DNA of 60,350 nucleotides, filler included, from Sphacelaria rigidula (taxonomy: Eukaryota): the NCBI GenBank assembly GCA_964200075.2. It is 3 parts of 3 records of this genome, joined end to end, with 100 filler letters (N's around TTAATTAATTAA, not from the genome) between each part and the next. Parts side by side here need not be neighbours in the genome. Positions count along the whole stretch, not along the records: positions 1 to 20,053 come from CAXNAA020000574.1; 2 more parts are not named here. The stretch is one strand, 5' to 3'. The translations under genes and the position numbers were made by a program. Positions 1-13,747 of the stretch are shown in pieces. A model generated the notes under the pieces. That model was not told the DNA's origin. It made no database searches and was given only the letters and a program-made list of their open reading frames with translations. Positions within the stretch are counted from its first letter, which is position 1; each line of letters starts with the position of its first letter.

Positions 1-1005
1 CGCGCCATCAGCACCCGTTCGGGACCGTCAGAAGGGATATTCAAACTACAGCTGCCGCGGCTTTGAAATTGAAAATAAACGGCTCGAGTTTTTGAGGCGC
101 GTCGCACTACAACAGTAGTGTTGTTCAAGAGCTCCACCGCGAAACCGGTTCTCATAACAGCCACGGCGAGGGTGACCATACAAGACGTGATAGCTGGTTC
201 AGACTAGATGAAGCACCTCGCATGGGCACTGCTGGCGAAACAACCCCAGGCGTGGGACTAACCGTTACCCCCGTTGTGTGTGTCTGCAGCTTCATCATGG
301 GGCACCCATTTGATCCAACTGACCACTGTACTGTGGTTATGCTGTGCTGTGGTGATGGTATATCGCAGCAGACTGCTTAATGACGCTGCGTTTCGGAGAT
401 CGTTGGCGTCTGCCGCCGCATTGGATCGTTTCGCTGACGGTGGTCGTCGCCGGCGCAACAGTGTGAAGTCTCTCTCAGATACACAATAAGAGGCGCTGGA
501 AAACTCGATGACTACTCCAAAGAAGTATGTTTTCAGCATTTCTTGTTTCGTGTTCCGCAGCGCTTAGACGCAAGGGTTGCTCGATAGATGCGGCACAATG
601 AATGAGGGCGGCTTTTCGGTTGGACTGCACACCGTCATGCTTTCGCTCCAGTGCTGAAACTTCTGGGTTAGGGGCACATGACACTTTGTACGATAGCCCC
701 CCCCAAAAAAGTGCATGGTTTTGGGAGGCGAAATCTTCGCGTAAATCGAACTGGGAGAAGCCGAGCACAACGAGAAGCTGGGAATTCCCACGCTTGGGTT
801 CGTTCTCGCCAACATCAGGCGCTGTATGGCCATTTTTTTCGTGACACGTTTAGCTGGTTTTGGGGGGGGGGGGTATCGTAATAAGCGTCACATGGTCGAA
901 ACCGCTTGCGACTCCAGAGCCTTTTGAACAAACTAAATGAAATTTCGATGGTCCGTTAAACCTCATAAAAATGTTGAATCTCAATGACGATTCCAGGCTG
1001 TTCTT
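1..1005. repeat. Copy 1 of a locally duplicated segment (copy 2 at ~2926-3710), probably TE-derived
   Basis: Colinear similarity by eye, e.g. gggaccgtcagaagggatattcaaactacagctg vs gggaccgtcaggagggatattcaaactacagctg, and ccaaagaagtatgttttcagcat in both copies. Confidence 0.85.
681..888. mobile_element. 208-bp MITE inserted into duplicate copy 1
   Basis: Imperfect TIRs acactttgtacgata(g)cccccccc / gggggggg-tatcgtaataagcgt, flanked by the direct repeat cacatg (675-680, 889-894). Absent at the homologous site in copy 2 (gggttagggttacatggtcgaaacc). Confidence 0.85.
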
Positions 1006-2067
1006 AGTTGGTTGTTTTTGCAACACCATTTCACGCAAAATGTGAATTTTTGGAAGGCTACTTGAACCCCATTTTAGTGCCCAACCTCTTTTCTCGATAT
1101 CCTCTGGTCTACAGTATCGGTGTGGAAGGGATATGACCTCGAATACTGCCGACCTTATTTGACTACCAGTCTCCTCTGAGAGAACACTTTTCCCTTGTAT
1201 TCTTTCGATCACTGGCGAACACACCTGGTGGTTCAAATTTTACATCATCAACTGTTTAAACCTAAAAGTTCGACGGTCGTTCTTGCTTTCAAAACATTTT
1301 GAGGTAAAATCGTCCGTTTGATTTGTTGGCTGATAGCCATCAGTTTGGACACCGAAACAGACCTATGGAATGTGTACTCCAGTTGTTTAATTGAAAATCA
1401 CGAATTTCAGAAGTCTGTACAACACAGCACAGCACAGTACGGTAAGGTACAGTACTGTACAGAACAATAAATATGCAGTATACAAAGGACACAGCAGATG
1501 TACAAGACAGTACGACCACCAGTGTTGGTTATACGGGCGTGCGATGTGAGCGCACCGAGCAGAGGGTGTGTTCCTCCGTGTTTGGCCGCAGGCCCTGTAG
1601 TATTGTCGGTTCCGCCCGTGATTGCCTACCCGGAGGATCACCCGACAGCTCCTGACATGTGCGCTCGCTGTACATCTCGGGACATTCCAACAACTGTAGT
1701 GCTTTTGCCTCAAACGACTGTTATCAATGAATCCTGAAAAATGAGCTTGGACATTCAATTGAGGTTGAAGTCACCTTCCAAATTATCACGTGTTGCGTCA
1801 AGTAGTTTTGCAAAAACGACCAATAATAACTGATCATTGTATTTGGCTGTTCAACCTTCCCCTAGCTTGCCTCGCCACGCATTGTTGCTCCGGTGTATAT
1901 AAGTCCTTCACAAGTACATTCGAAACGGCTCTTAACAGGTGAGAAGAGGGTGCATTCGTCGGCTTCCTTCGAGTTTCATTAAAATGATAGTCAATAAGAG
2001 GTACTACTTTCATGAAAAATAAAGTGCCGCCATATTAAGTGTTCCGGAAAATAATTCCCGTTGCTGG

Positions 2068-2499
2068 AAACACGGGATTTTTCACGTTGGGGATGGATCT
2101 TTTATGAGGGATGAAAAGCCGGAGAAATTATATAATCGTATCCACACCAAATCTTCGAAGCATGCTTCTATTTCTTGACTTGCTGGTAGCTATTGATAAC
2201 TACTACATGCCATACAAACTTGGGTTTTGATAACCGAAATGTCAGGGTCCTAGGAAAAAAAACATTCTGGGAGATTTTACGTGTCCGATCGAACGCCAAA
2301 ATTGTTTTTTCACCTAGGATCTCGATATTTCGGTCGTCGAAATCCAAATTTGTACGGCGTGTAGTAGTTGTCGATAGCTACCGGCAAGTGAAGAAATGGA
2401 GACATACTTCAAAGATTTGGTGTGGATACGACGATTTCAATTCTCCGGGTTTTCATCCCCAATAAAAGATCCATCCCCAATTTGTAAAATCCCGTGTTT
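2068..2499. mobile_element. Foldback / long-TIR element (~200-bp inverted arms)
   Basis: aaacacgggattt (2068-2080) vs aaatcccgtgttt (2487-2499). Internal inverted matches include tcgtatccacaccaaatctt / aagatttggtgtggatacga and ggtagcta / tagctacc. Confidence 0.85.
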
Positions 2500-2925
2500 G
2501 GGAACGTGTCATGGATGCAAAAAAACAAAATCATAGATGGGAAACTCCCTGTCCCTCCCGAATTTTCCTAGGAGTCGGAAACAACTCCACCACCATTTTC
2601 TTCCAAGATGAGGAAATCCAATAAACCGCGTCTTCCCTCGCGTGGTGAGAGCCGTTTCGAATATACTGAAGGCGTAATAGACCTCAGGGTTAGGATTAGA
2701 CCCTAGGGGAAGTACTGAAATAACGGATGGTTTTGTTGGAAAGCAGTCGTTCATCGTAACGGGTATAAAGCGTTCAAGCGAGGAAATTCCGATTTTGAAC
2801 ACAGAAGGATGTACCACGATACCCTTGAATTATATTCTACATGTTTCGTTCCGAGCGATGTTCCCCAAATACCCCCACAGTTGTCACATACCCTATCTGA
2901 GGGTGAGGGTGCCAGCACTTTCCGT

Positions 2926-3710
2926 CGCTGGATCAGACCCCGTTTGGGACCGTCAGGAGGGATATTCAAACTACAGCTGATCCGGGTTCTGAATTAGTAA
3001 AAACGGCTCGGATTTTGCAAGCGCGTTGCACTGCAGTAGTATCCTTCGACAGCCCCACCGCGAAACCGATTCTCAACACAGCCACGGCGGAAGTGGCCAT
3101 ACTAGGCGTGAGAGCTGGTTCAGACTGGATGAAGCGCCTCGCATGGGAGCTACTGGCGAAACAAGCCCAAGCGTGGGACTAACCCTTACCCCCGTCGTGT
3201 GTGTGTGCAGCTTTATTGTGGGGCATCCATTTTATCCAACCAACGACTGTACTGTAGTGATGCTGTACTCTGGTGTGCTGGTATATCTCAGCAGACTGCT
3301 GAATGACGCTGCGCTTCAAAGATCGCTGGCGTCTGTCGCCGCGTTGGATTGTTTAGCTGACGGCGGTCGTCGCCGGCGCAACAGTATGAAGTCTCTCTCA
3401 GAAACTCAACTAGAGGCTCTCGGAAACTCGACGACTAGTCCAAAGAAGTATGTTTTCAGCATGCTTTGTTACGTGCTCGGTAGCGCTTAGACGCAGGTCC
3501 TGCTCAAAAGATGCCACACAATGACGGCGGTTTTTCTGCTGGACTGCTCATCATCATGCTTGCGCTGCCGTGCAGAAACTTCTGGGTTAGGGTTACATGG
3601 TCGAAACCGCTTGCGAGTCCCGAGCCTCTTGGACGAAACAAATGAGATTTCGATGGTCAGTTGAACCTCACTCAAATATTGAACCTCACAAACAAATCCA
3701 GGTTGTTCCT
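2926..3710. repeat. Copy 2 of duplicated segment (lacks the 681-888 MITE)
   Basis: Colinear similarity to 1-1005. Confidence 0.85.
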
Positions 3711-5081
3711 CCCTGTTCTGTTCGCAAGCTTTCAATGGAAAGGAAGCACGTCTTCAACTAAAGTCTTCGTCAATCCAAAGTGACCTACCTGCCTGACATT
3801 GATCGGCGGCCATGTGCGACGTTTCGATTTCGAACCTATTCGGAAAACGAGGATCCGTTCCTGATTTCACGAACAAGTTGTGGTATAAATCAAAACGCGG
3901 AAATGTACCTACCGCCTTAGTGTTTTTATTCACGGCACTTCTCTTTTCAGGTTCAATTTCTGCGAAACATTTTCCAACTTTTCACACAAAAAAGCTCAAA
4001 AAAAATACGACGCTAGTTTTCCGAGTAATTTGCAGTCAGTCTTAGATTGATACATTGCTTGATCTGGTTGGTAAACCTGCTGTCACTTTTGTCGGGGACA
4101 TTTTTTCCGAAAAAGTCGGAAAAGTCTGAAAAAACACAACCCCGTTGATGACGATCCATAGCCAAGAGGAGAAAAAAACGAAGTAGAGCCAGTTTAAGAT
4201 TTTGACAAAAGGTTCCAATGTCATAATTTAACATACACCAACGTTTTCGTGAGATTGAGGGTAGAGCGCTGATTGAGAATCGCTTTGGTCATTAGCTTTA
4301 ACTCAGCCACTTTTTCATTCCGTGCGTGCTTTTCTTTGCCCCTATCACTGGCGTATGCTTACAGCTACACGTCGATATCCTAATCAGGGATATCAATGGT
4401 CTCAGTGGCAAGCTGCTACAGAAAACATATTGGGCCTTGTGGAGGGGCATTTCGGAACTGAAACGATTCATTCGCTAATTGACCGCTTTTCACTCTCAAT
4501 CGTATCTTTTACTCTCAATATCACGAAAACATTGTAATACATATACATATACATAATTGTCCAAGGCAGTACATCTTTGTTGATTGACGTGTACAACATG
4601 AAAGTAACACTTCAGCTGAAAATACCTCAAATTGCATTCCACTTCTTGTGTGACACCGTTGCACCCGTTGTCTAGCTAAGAAAGTTTCACAACGACAGAC
4701 AATCATGAGTTAGGATCCGGACAGATACATTTGTAATTTTTGCGAAACCTTGTTCGCTCGCTAAGGTTATATATGATACAGTACATTTTTCTCTTCATTT
4801 TTTTAGGCAGAGCGTGCATCAGCAGGTTGATTTGCACTTACATCAACACACTTACATCAGGTTAATTATGGAAACTGAAAAAAAAGTCATCTGCGAAAGA
4901 AATGTGAGCTTCTTGGCTTACCCAGGTTTTGCAGATTCCTCCGAGAAAACTACCGTCCGATTTTTCTTTCAGCAATTTGTTTTTGGGGATTTCGGCAAAA
5001 ATTCCATATTTTCCAGGGATACACACGTTACACACGTTACACACGTGAAAAAAACGTAACTTTGGGCCATTTATTGCCACT

Positions 5082-5347
5082 TAAGGTTTGATTTTTGGAC
5101 GGAACAAATGTAACGTAACGTGACGTAACGTGTGGACCTTGAAGCAGTTTCTCTCGGGATTTTCCGCGCAAAAATAAAAGCTGTTTTGTGAATCTCTAAC
5201 GTGACACGTGACACGTTACAAATTCACGAAAACAAGCATAGTTTTCGTCACAATTGGAAAGTAAACCGCCATGTTAGGGTTCATTCGGAGGACCACACGT
5301 TACATCACGTTACATTACATTTGTCCCATCCAAAAAATCAAACCTTA
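5082..5347. mobile_element. MITE with ~55-bp TIRs, possible TA target duplication (Tc1/mariner-like)
   Basis: Left end taaggtttgatttttggacggaacaaatgtaacgtaacgtgacgtaacgtgtgg matches the reverse complement of ccacacgttacatcacgttacattacatttgtcccatccaaaaaatcaaacctta. TA is present at both ends. Confidence 0.8.
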
Positions 5348-7706
5348 CGTAGCGTAAATGACCGGAAGTCACGTTTTTTCTAATGTGTCACGGTATGACG
5401 TCACGTGTAGCGTATATACCCCTGATATTGTAGGAAGAGGAAGAAAAATTCCCCCAACGCCCCGTCAAGTAATTAGGAAAATCCTGTAAAGGTGCAATCC
5501 ACCAGTTGTGATTGAGAAAACGATGTCTTCCAACCCCGTGTATACAAGTAATTAATTTGCCTTGGGAACTCTTCAGAGGACACCTGGAATCGTCGTAACT
5601 CTTGCTACAGGTGCGAGCTGGATTACAGCGGCCAAAGTCCTCTGCAGGATACGCATTCATGATCATGAGACGACGCCTCACTTTTGCGGATCCGCTTCCG
5701 TCCTACATCGCAGCGTCATCTGTTTTCGATTCGCAGGCGATGGCTCGCTCAGCTTCTTTGGGTGCGACAGCGAACCGCTTGAGCTTCCTCGGGGAAATAA
5801 CTTCTGATGGAAAATGTGGAGGTTGGAGACACATATTGGCGATTTTTTTTGTGGTGTGTCGATAGTTGTGCTGCGGCGCGACTGGTGCCTTCCGCATCGT
5901 CGAATCCATAAAAGACAGGCAAACTCCTGTATCTATTTGCTCTGTGAGCTGATGGGCCCACACAGACGCAAAGAGTCCTTTGCAGCGAATCTGAAGGAAT
6001 ATGTCGAGATACCGCAACTATTTGGCTCCACGTAGGTTGTCCTCCCCGAACACTTTGAGCACATGCATATACTTCACACGCTCCCTCACTGAAGAGACGC
6101 GGACATGGTGGTGAAACCCTCAAGCCTTTCCTATAAAATCTAAGAGTCCGCTACAAGCAACGACTTTTTCCTACAAAAATCTAAATGTCCGCTACAAGCA
6201 ACGACTCACTGTAGCACAGCCAGTTGAAGACTCGCCACCGCAACCAGCGAGGAGGGCCAGATTATGCGTTCATACACCCACTACTTCCAAAAAAAGTTCT
6301 AAAAATAAAACAAATCGCCGACTACTCTATTGAGCTTTCTTCTATAGGCCCCACGGTGCCGCAACGGGATCTAATCGTAAAAAAACCTTCCACTACATCA
6401 GTTAAAACCATTCGCACGACTCCGGAACCATGCATAACATGGTGAAACGGACGAATAGTTGGGTGAGACCCGACCCATCCGCAACGCGCATGTGCCACTG
6501 TAACTGTAACCATCCTCAATCACTTCACAGTCCCTCCGCTTTGTACATCTCTCTTTCACGGGAACCAGACCCATATAGCTATCGACCAGGTGCGTATGGA
6601 CCTTGAATACAATCCATGTTTTTCGAGAAAAGGGTGCAAGCACAGAGCAGTGGAGCTGGTGTTTTCAAGTGTCTGAAAGGCAGACGGGAGAAGGCAAAGT
6701 CTAGAGGACATGGTGCACTTCATCCCACAAATGAAAGAAACACGTATAAATGGTGTTCACAGACACATCGCCAACTAATCCAAACATTCTAGCCGATGCT
6801 CTTGGTTAAATATGACCAACATTCGGCACACATACGACAAAGGCAACCCAATACAGCAACGTGGAATGATTTTATCCCCAGCATGTTCAACCATCAAGCT
6901 TCTACACAAAAATGAAAGAATGAAATACGTGAGGTGAGGCAACACCGAGCACGTGCGTTTGAAGCAAAGGTATACGGCTAATCAGATTTGCGCGGGGGGG
7001 TGCCCGGCGATGTGATGCCCTCAAACTCAGCGCGGTCTTATATACGCCATTAGCGTCACGCACGCGTACATTGCACAGCACATATATTCGTTCAGCGAGG
7101 GTCCCACATCCTTGAAGGGTAGCGCTCCATCATGTGCAGCCTACCCACCGTGTCCACGTAAGAGCACATGTCTAATATCTACCCGACCAGGTATGAACTC
7201 TCGCGCCATGGACGACGTGCCTACTTCATCCGAGTGACTGCTCTACGCAGGAATGAAAGACTTTCACCGCCTCTGAGATATCCCATCTCTCCAGTGGAGT
7301 AGCTGTTGGCCTGCTGATGGAGCACGCGACGGACTTGTGATAGTCGAAGACTTGAATGACGACCGTTTACTCGCCATTGCGCTCTCCTTGTCCACTTTCG
7401 CGGACGCTGATCGCATGGCTCGCCTCAGCGCAACATTACCCTTTGATCGTTGGTGACGAGACCTACAGACGACAAACGACAAAGGGCACACGCGGGAAAT
7501 GCGTGTTTGCGCAATCACACGCTGAGCAGAACAGATCAACGGACGAACTCGGATTAACCCAGTCCGTGCAAATATAGGAAACGTCTCTCGTTCCATATCC
7601 CATGTTCAAGCTAGTCTTACCAAGACGCACGGCAAAATGTCATCTGAGCCTTACTAGGGATCATTCACCACCACGAGCCGGGCCAGCCTAGAAGCGGATT
7701 TGTAGT

Positions 7707-7986
7707 TTGCAGGCAAATTCGCAATTTTTCACGCTGAGTCGGACACTTGAAATTGGTGTGGACAATTAACAGGGCATATATAAATAAAAATGCCGGGTCC
7801 CAAATATTTTTTTCGGTGATTTAATGGCATTTTACTTGAACCTAAAAACTGATTATTGGCCTCAACACATAGAGAGAAAAAAACTATTTGGGACCCGGCA
7901 TACTTATTTTTTAATACCCTGTTGATTAACCGTACCAAATTTCAGGGTCCAACTCGAAGTAAAAATTGCGAATTCGCCTTTTGCAA
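7707..7986. mobile_element. Foldback MITE; a related left end recurs at ~8344-8460
   Basis: aaattcgcaattttt...gaaattggtgtggacaattaacagggcat is inverted as ataccctgttgattaaccgtaccaaatttc...aaaaattgcgaatt. The string gggccagcctagaagcg occurs near both 7680 and 8350. Confidence 0.7.
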
Positions 7987-9649
7987 CCCGGGTTGGTGGA
8001 AATTCGGAACAGTATTTTACAGGTCGTTTACCGGCTCATGTTTGGTGTTTGTGTATTGAAACTTTATGCGGGACCTCGTTAGGTCCTGATGAACCACGAA
8101 AAATTAGGGCTGTGAACTTGACCAGTTTGTTCTGGCGATCAAACTGGAACTCGACTTGGACTGGAACTGGTGATGAGGACTCCAGTTTATCCAGTTCATT
8201 CGAAGTTTGCCGTTACCGGCCATGTTTTACCAATTTTAGTATAGTGAGTTCATAACAACGGTGCTTACATTATTACGAACAAAATGACAGTAGAATTGGG
8301 GCCTGCACCTGACATCAGTACAAGTACAGGCAGTACTCGTGGTACGAGCTGGGCCAGCCTAGAAGCGAATTCGGAGTTTGCAGGCCCATTCGCAATTTAA
8401 TGCTTGGAGTTGGACCCTAAAATTTGGTATGGACAATCACTAGGGCAAATATATATATATATATATACAAGCCGGACGGGACCTGGGGCTGCGCCCCGGT
8501 CCCGTCCGTCTTTTTCGACGGTCTCGACGGCCTCGGTCTTCTTGCGTTGCCAAGCCCTCGTGAGAATAGATCCTCTCTCGAAATGTTCATGCCCGCCGGA
8601 AACATTGCAGGACCACCGCGATCGCGCGTCCGTTCGAACGGTCGCGAACGTATATGTACCTCCGCACAAAGTAAAGCACAAATCCGTTAACCCTTAGATC
8701 ACGAGGTTAGTCTTCCGTTGAGTCGGCATCAATTTCAAGTGAAGAAAAGTATGCATGATCCAGAAAGACCAATCTCGCGGTCTAAGGGTTAACCGAGCCC
8801 CTAGCATTGGCATTGGCCCGAACAGTCATCTCCCGGGGCGGGTGCGGAGGAACGTGCACACTAAGAATCAGCGACAAATCTCGTGGATGCCTCGTCACAA
8901 AGTATGCTGCACGCTATCAAGAATAGTCATTTGTTTTTTTTCTCCAAAAATGATATTATAATAGGGTCGATACTTCTGTTGTATGCGTTTGTCGAGCAGG
9001 AGCGGTGGGCTTGGTCTTTCCGCTGCATGATCTCTTGATTTTTGTCGCTAGCGGTGGCTCGCCTGTGCATGTGTGCGTGTGAGCTGTGGCATTGGTGGTG
9101 TGCGTGCCATGGCATGCGCTATGTGCCGGCTCTGTTGTGTGCGGGTGCAGTCAAAAGTGGTGTTGGTTGGACCGGAGGTTCAGCACAAATAAATGTCCTG
9201 TGAAATTGGTTCTGCTACTCTGTCGGCAGGCTCTGTTGCTCTTCGTCAATCGGTGCGAAGTGTTGAGATGTTTGCTGGGCAAATTGTGCGTTGTAAGGCT
9301 TCATTTAGACAAAAGCACGTCCTGCGCAAGGTAGAAGCGCAGCCCCCACAATTAAAGTTCCAGATAATACTCTCCACAATATATCCAAGTCGGGGCAACT
9401 TCACCTCACCAAGTGGTGAACTTTGCCCTTGAGTCCGCGGAGCAGAAAAGTTATATGTGAACCCGGGTGCATCGTCGACATCTGTCTATGCAATCAAGGA
9501 CTATGGCAAAAATACCAAGACTTGTGGCTGGTCAGTGCCGTATCACCACCCCAACCGTGATGACTTGAACCACACTTTCAATGCATAGCCAGCACAACCA
9601 ACGCAGAGTACAAACATACAGTAACATGCTGCTGTACTCACTCACGGAA

Positions 9650-10468
9650 TTTTCCCCTCCCTTTTTGAAAAAACCCTTCTTAAAAATGATCGCTGATTGT
9701 TCGCTGCGATATCACCCCCCCCCCCGAGGGAAATTCTCAAATGTGCCCATAAATCCCCTGTTTTAGGGGATTTCAGGCAGTTCATAAATACTTTCTGAAA
9801 TCTCTTTTTGAAAAGGGGATTTGAGGACACCTCGAAGGGTTACATATCCGGTTGACAGGGGCACATGGAAACGCTCACCACACAACCCCAACACGATCAC
9901 AGTTGGATCTAGGGAGCTTGATGCCCCCGCAAACCAAAAAGACACAGCTTGAGCCGTAGCTGCTCATCAGCTGCGCACGTTGTGCGTGATCCTGCTCAAA
10001 TCTGTTCATAATTCATTGAGAAATTACTATTTGTGTGAACGCGCGCGCACGCTTTCAAGCGGTGAGCAACGACACGTTTTCTGTCGTTTTTTACATAGAC
10101 GCGGCCGCCATTCGTCTACTACCAAACGAAGACCCGTCAAACAAAGACTGCCGTGTGTAAATTAGTAACGGCTAGCGGTGAAACTAATGCGCGTGAGTGG
10201 TAGGTGTCTGTGCGTATTCTTTCGGGGCTGGGTGTTGAAGTATTGTATTGATTGCCTTGCTGCGTCTTGTCTGTAGCATCACAGAGGCCTTGGACTGACG
10301 ACCAGTTCCAGACCCGCCGCATTGTTGAACCTACGGCAGACCTGGGGTTCGATCTGTAAAAAGCTGCTTCTCGATAGGACTCAGAACTAACTGGTCGTTA
10401 CGGGGCCAATCCCCCTTGAAAAGGGGATTTTGGAAAAGGGGAGAATCCCCTTCGATAAGAGGGGGCCT
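9650..10468 (+). mobile_element. ~0.8-kb non-autonomous dispersed element; second copy in reverse orientation at 28850-29660
   Basis: Shared blocks in inverted orientation (ctggtcgttacggggccaatccc / gggattggacccataacgaccag; gacaggggcacatggaaacgctcaccacacaacccc / ggattgtgtggtaagcctttgcatgtgcccccgtc). Ends are rich in aaatcccct/aggggattt. Confidence 0.8.
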
Positions 10469-11155
10469 CATCTGTCACCACTCGACGCGTGGCCGATTTC
10501 CTTCCGTCTGCGCGTCTTCCAACCGCCAGCCCGAAAATAAAGAAGTGATCTGTGTTGATTGTTTCGAATCTCAAAATTTCTCGCTCACTTGTCCCCTTCG
10601 ATCTTTAGTCCACGCTGACGAATTATGAAGGGAAAAGAGCTGCCGCGCTTTGTGTGCTGTACCAAGCGGCAAAGAGAACCCCAGGTACAGAGCGTGGCGT
10701 GTACCGCAGTAGCAACCTGATGGCGACTGCATTATGCTCTTCTATTTGTTAACGCCTTGACGGCGACGGTAGGTAACCTGCTGAATCGGCATCCATTTTT
10801 CTTGAAAATATGTGTGATCCAGATGGGCTACCCGCATCACGGCCTAAGGCTTAATCGTGTTGCGTCCATCGATGTTCATTTCTACTTGGCGCCGCGCGTC
10901 GAGTTGGAAAGCCGGGTGCCACCCCCTGAAGTCCGAATGGCCACCTGCGGCACCAGATCTTCTGAGGTTAACAATATCTACTTTCTTTCTTCTTGATTAT
11001 TTATCCCTGTTTGGCTTGTATCGCGTGTTGTGATTTTTAATCTGGGTCTATTTGGTTATATGGTTTTTTGCTAGCCTGTGAACACGGAAGGCGCCCGCAT
11101 CAGATGCTCAGTACGAATGTACCACGCAGATATCGGAACGGTCTTTAATGTGAAG

Positions 11156-11216
11156 ACAACAACAACCGAGCAACAACAACAACCGAGCAACAACAACAAC
11201 AACAACAACAACAACA
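11156..11216. repeat. (CAA)n microsatellite with ccgag interruptions
   Basis: Directly visible. Confidence 0.95.
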
Positions 11217-11975
11217 TGATCGCCGTGGCGTCGTCTCTTCAGCAAAATGGGCGATGTCGTACAACAGACAGGGCGGTACACACAGACCGAAGCCCAGCTA
11301 AAATACACAGGACAGTACAAAGCTGTACAGTACACTGCATGCAGTGTCTTATTCTCTTTCCCCCTCCCGCGCTGCGGACCTTCCCTTTTGTCCATGAATA
11401 TTACTAAAGGATCAGATTCTATCACAGATCAAAGCTCCGGAGAGGGTGACCCCTTTCTGCCGCCAGCTTCAAAATTTCTCATTTCGATCGTTAGAGTGGG
11501 TCACCTGGGTCTTGCCCTCATTTTTCGAGTGATATTATGCCCAAACAACAGAGAACTCGCCCCGCGGGTGGCACGTGCTTTATGCTCTTTCAAACAGAGG
11601 ACAATGGCGATATCTAGGTACAATGCAACAAAGATGTGAAGTGGTCTGTCGCGGGTGTAGCGTTAAAATGTGGGTCGGATACGGTAGGTATTTCCAATTT
11701 TTAATACGAATCGTATCTGGGATGGTTTGAAGTGAATGCTTGGAAATGGAGGGCGCAGATGGTGTCGGGAAAATTCTGTTAGAGTGAACCCGTCAGAATG
11801 AACCCGTCAGAATGAACCGTTTTTCCGTCACTGTGCCGTGCTGTTGGCAGCTGGACATGAAGGCGAAGATAAGCTACAACTTAGACGGTATATATAGCTA
11901 CTGCCGTACCGTAGTGCAACAGCGACTGTACATGGATGTACTGTACAGTAAACATGAACACTCTGCATGTGAACG

Positions 11976-12608
11976 GAAGAGCACGGACGGAAAGGGGGGA
12001 CAGATATATTTGTCCGCACATGTCTTGATTTTACAGTGGTGTTCGAAAGTACATATGCATGGCTCAACAGCATGTGAGAAAGGGCGTGAGCAGGTCTGTC
12101 CTCACACATGAAGAGCTTGCGTACAACAGACAGGAAAGAAGTGGTCCTATTTTTCGCATGGCACGGGTTTGTTTTTTCTGCTCCACCCCCCGTTGCCCCC
12201 CGCCCCCCAACAGAGACTCCCAGAAGAGAGTCGCGGGGGTGGGATTTTGTACCGTTTGGCGATGAGAAGGTGGTGCTGTATATTCGGGTAGGTGGTTTTA
12301 TATATTATCGTATGTGGAAGGATGTGAAAGGAAGAGCACGGACGGGAAGGGGGAACAGATATGTTTGTCCGCACATGTCTTCATGTTACAGTGGTGTTCG
12401 AAAGTACATATGCATGGCTCAACAGCATGTGAGAAGGGGCGTGAGTAAAACAGACAGGAAAGAAGTGGTCCTATTTTCCGCATTGCACGGGTTTGTTTTT
12501 TCTGTTCTACCTCTTGTTACGCCCCGCCCCGCAACAGAGACTCCCAGAAGAGAGTCGTGGGGGTGGGTCTTTGTACCGTTTTACCGTGTGGCGATGAGAA
12601 GGTGGTGC
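11976..12608. repeat. Tandem duplication of ~0.3 kb (11976-12277 and 12331-12608)
   Basis: gaagagcacggacgg...acagtggtgttcgaaagtacatatgcatggctcaacagcatgtgagaa...acagagactcccagaagagagtcg...ggcgatgagaaggtggtgc is present twice. Confidence 0.9.
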
Positions 12609-13747
12609 CTTGTTGTGCTACAGTTTGTTTGTCATACAGATAGTAAAGGTACTGTACACGCTCCCGTCCTCCGGTGCTGCGGCCGTCCTACGGTACCACT
12701 GATCACCCAGTGCTGCAAGGGAGCTACCGTACCGCTGGTCATCCGATCCGGGAAAAGGAACCCAGAAAGCCCCCAAACGGTTTCCCTTATATCTGTCATA
12801 GAAGAGCTCAGATCGCCCTCAAACTTGGCCGGTCGGTATGTAGTGATGCACGAAATGAAAATACGTATTTTTGAAAACTAATTCAAAGTTTCTCCGTTCT
12901 TTACCGGTTACAGGGGGTCCTGGCGTGGAGACCAAAATGTAGCCAATACAGAAAACCTCACAGCAAAAAAAAAGGAAAGTAAGCGTCCCGGAGCAGTTCA
13001 AGGAAAAATTGTATTAAAGCAAGTTTATTCCTCAAGTCGACAAACTGATGCAAGGGGGTCGTTTTGACTCCAAGACTACCCGAAAAGTCACTGCTGTACT
13101 GAAACCATGTGGTTGGGAATATCTGCAAATTTCCAGTCTAACTCCAAGGGTTGGCGTGAGCATATGCGGATGACTAAACTTTCGCACGTGAGCGTGGACC
13201 AGCCTGTACGCATTTTTTTAATGGACACGCTATTGCGTCATTCCACATAAGAGCTCGTACGAACCAAGCGGACACAGTCAAACGCACAAATCGTTCGTCA
13301 CAGAAACACAGATTATCCATTTTTCCAAGTTTCTGTACATGATTTCGAAACATTCTTTGTGAGTATCTCCAACTAGCATACCAAGATACAAGATCAAATT
13401 CATCAACGTCCATCCTTTGCAGTTTCGACCTTTATCTGGAGGTATGAGGTATCCGAAACTCCAACAGAGAAAAAACGCTCCGTATGGTCATATCTCCCAA
13501 TGAACGTTATTTTTGTTTCAAGCATGCAGTACAGAGAAAAGTACAAAATTAGATGTTTCAGATCTTGAAACCTCGAAAAGAAATGGTTCGGTGACGATTT
13601 TTCATCAGTCCTGCGGGGATCACAGCAGCTTGTCTAGGAGGCAAGTTCAACGCAGTCTGGCCAACAACAGGTACGGCCCTCCCACTGCAGAATGACTCCG
13701 GCCGTCTGCAGCATTCGAACACTCTATGCCTATTACTTGATGCTCAC

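Noticed and set aside
10845-11850. Candidate terminal exon(s) of the AMT gene (acceptor-like sites near 10944 and 11850)
   Set aside because: No convincing in-phase match to the expected S-x-H-G C-terminal motif; cannot be supported without RNA data.
12108-12881. 257-aa ORF with internal repeat
   Set aside because: It is explained by the non-coding tandem duplication at 11976-12608.
13174-13413. Possible transposase fragment (WNDAIACP..KC)
   Set aside because: Short, with no catalytic motif; the resemblance is too weak.
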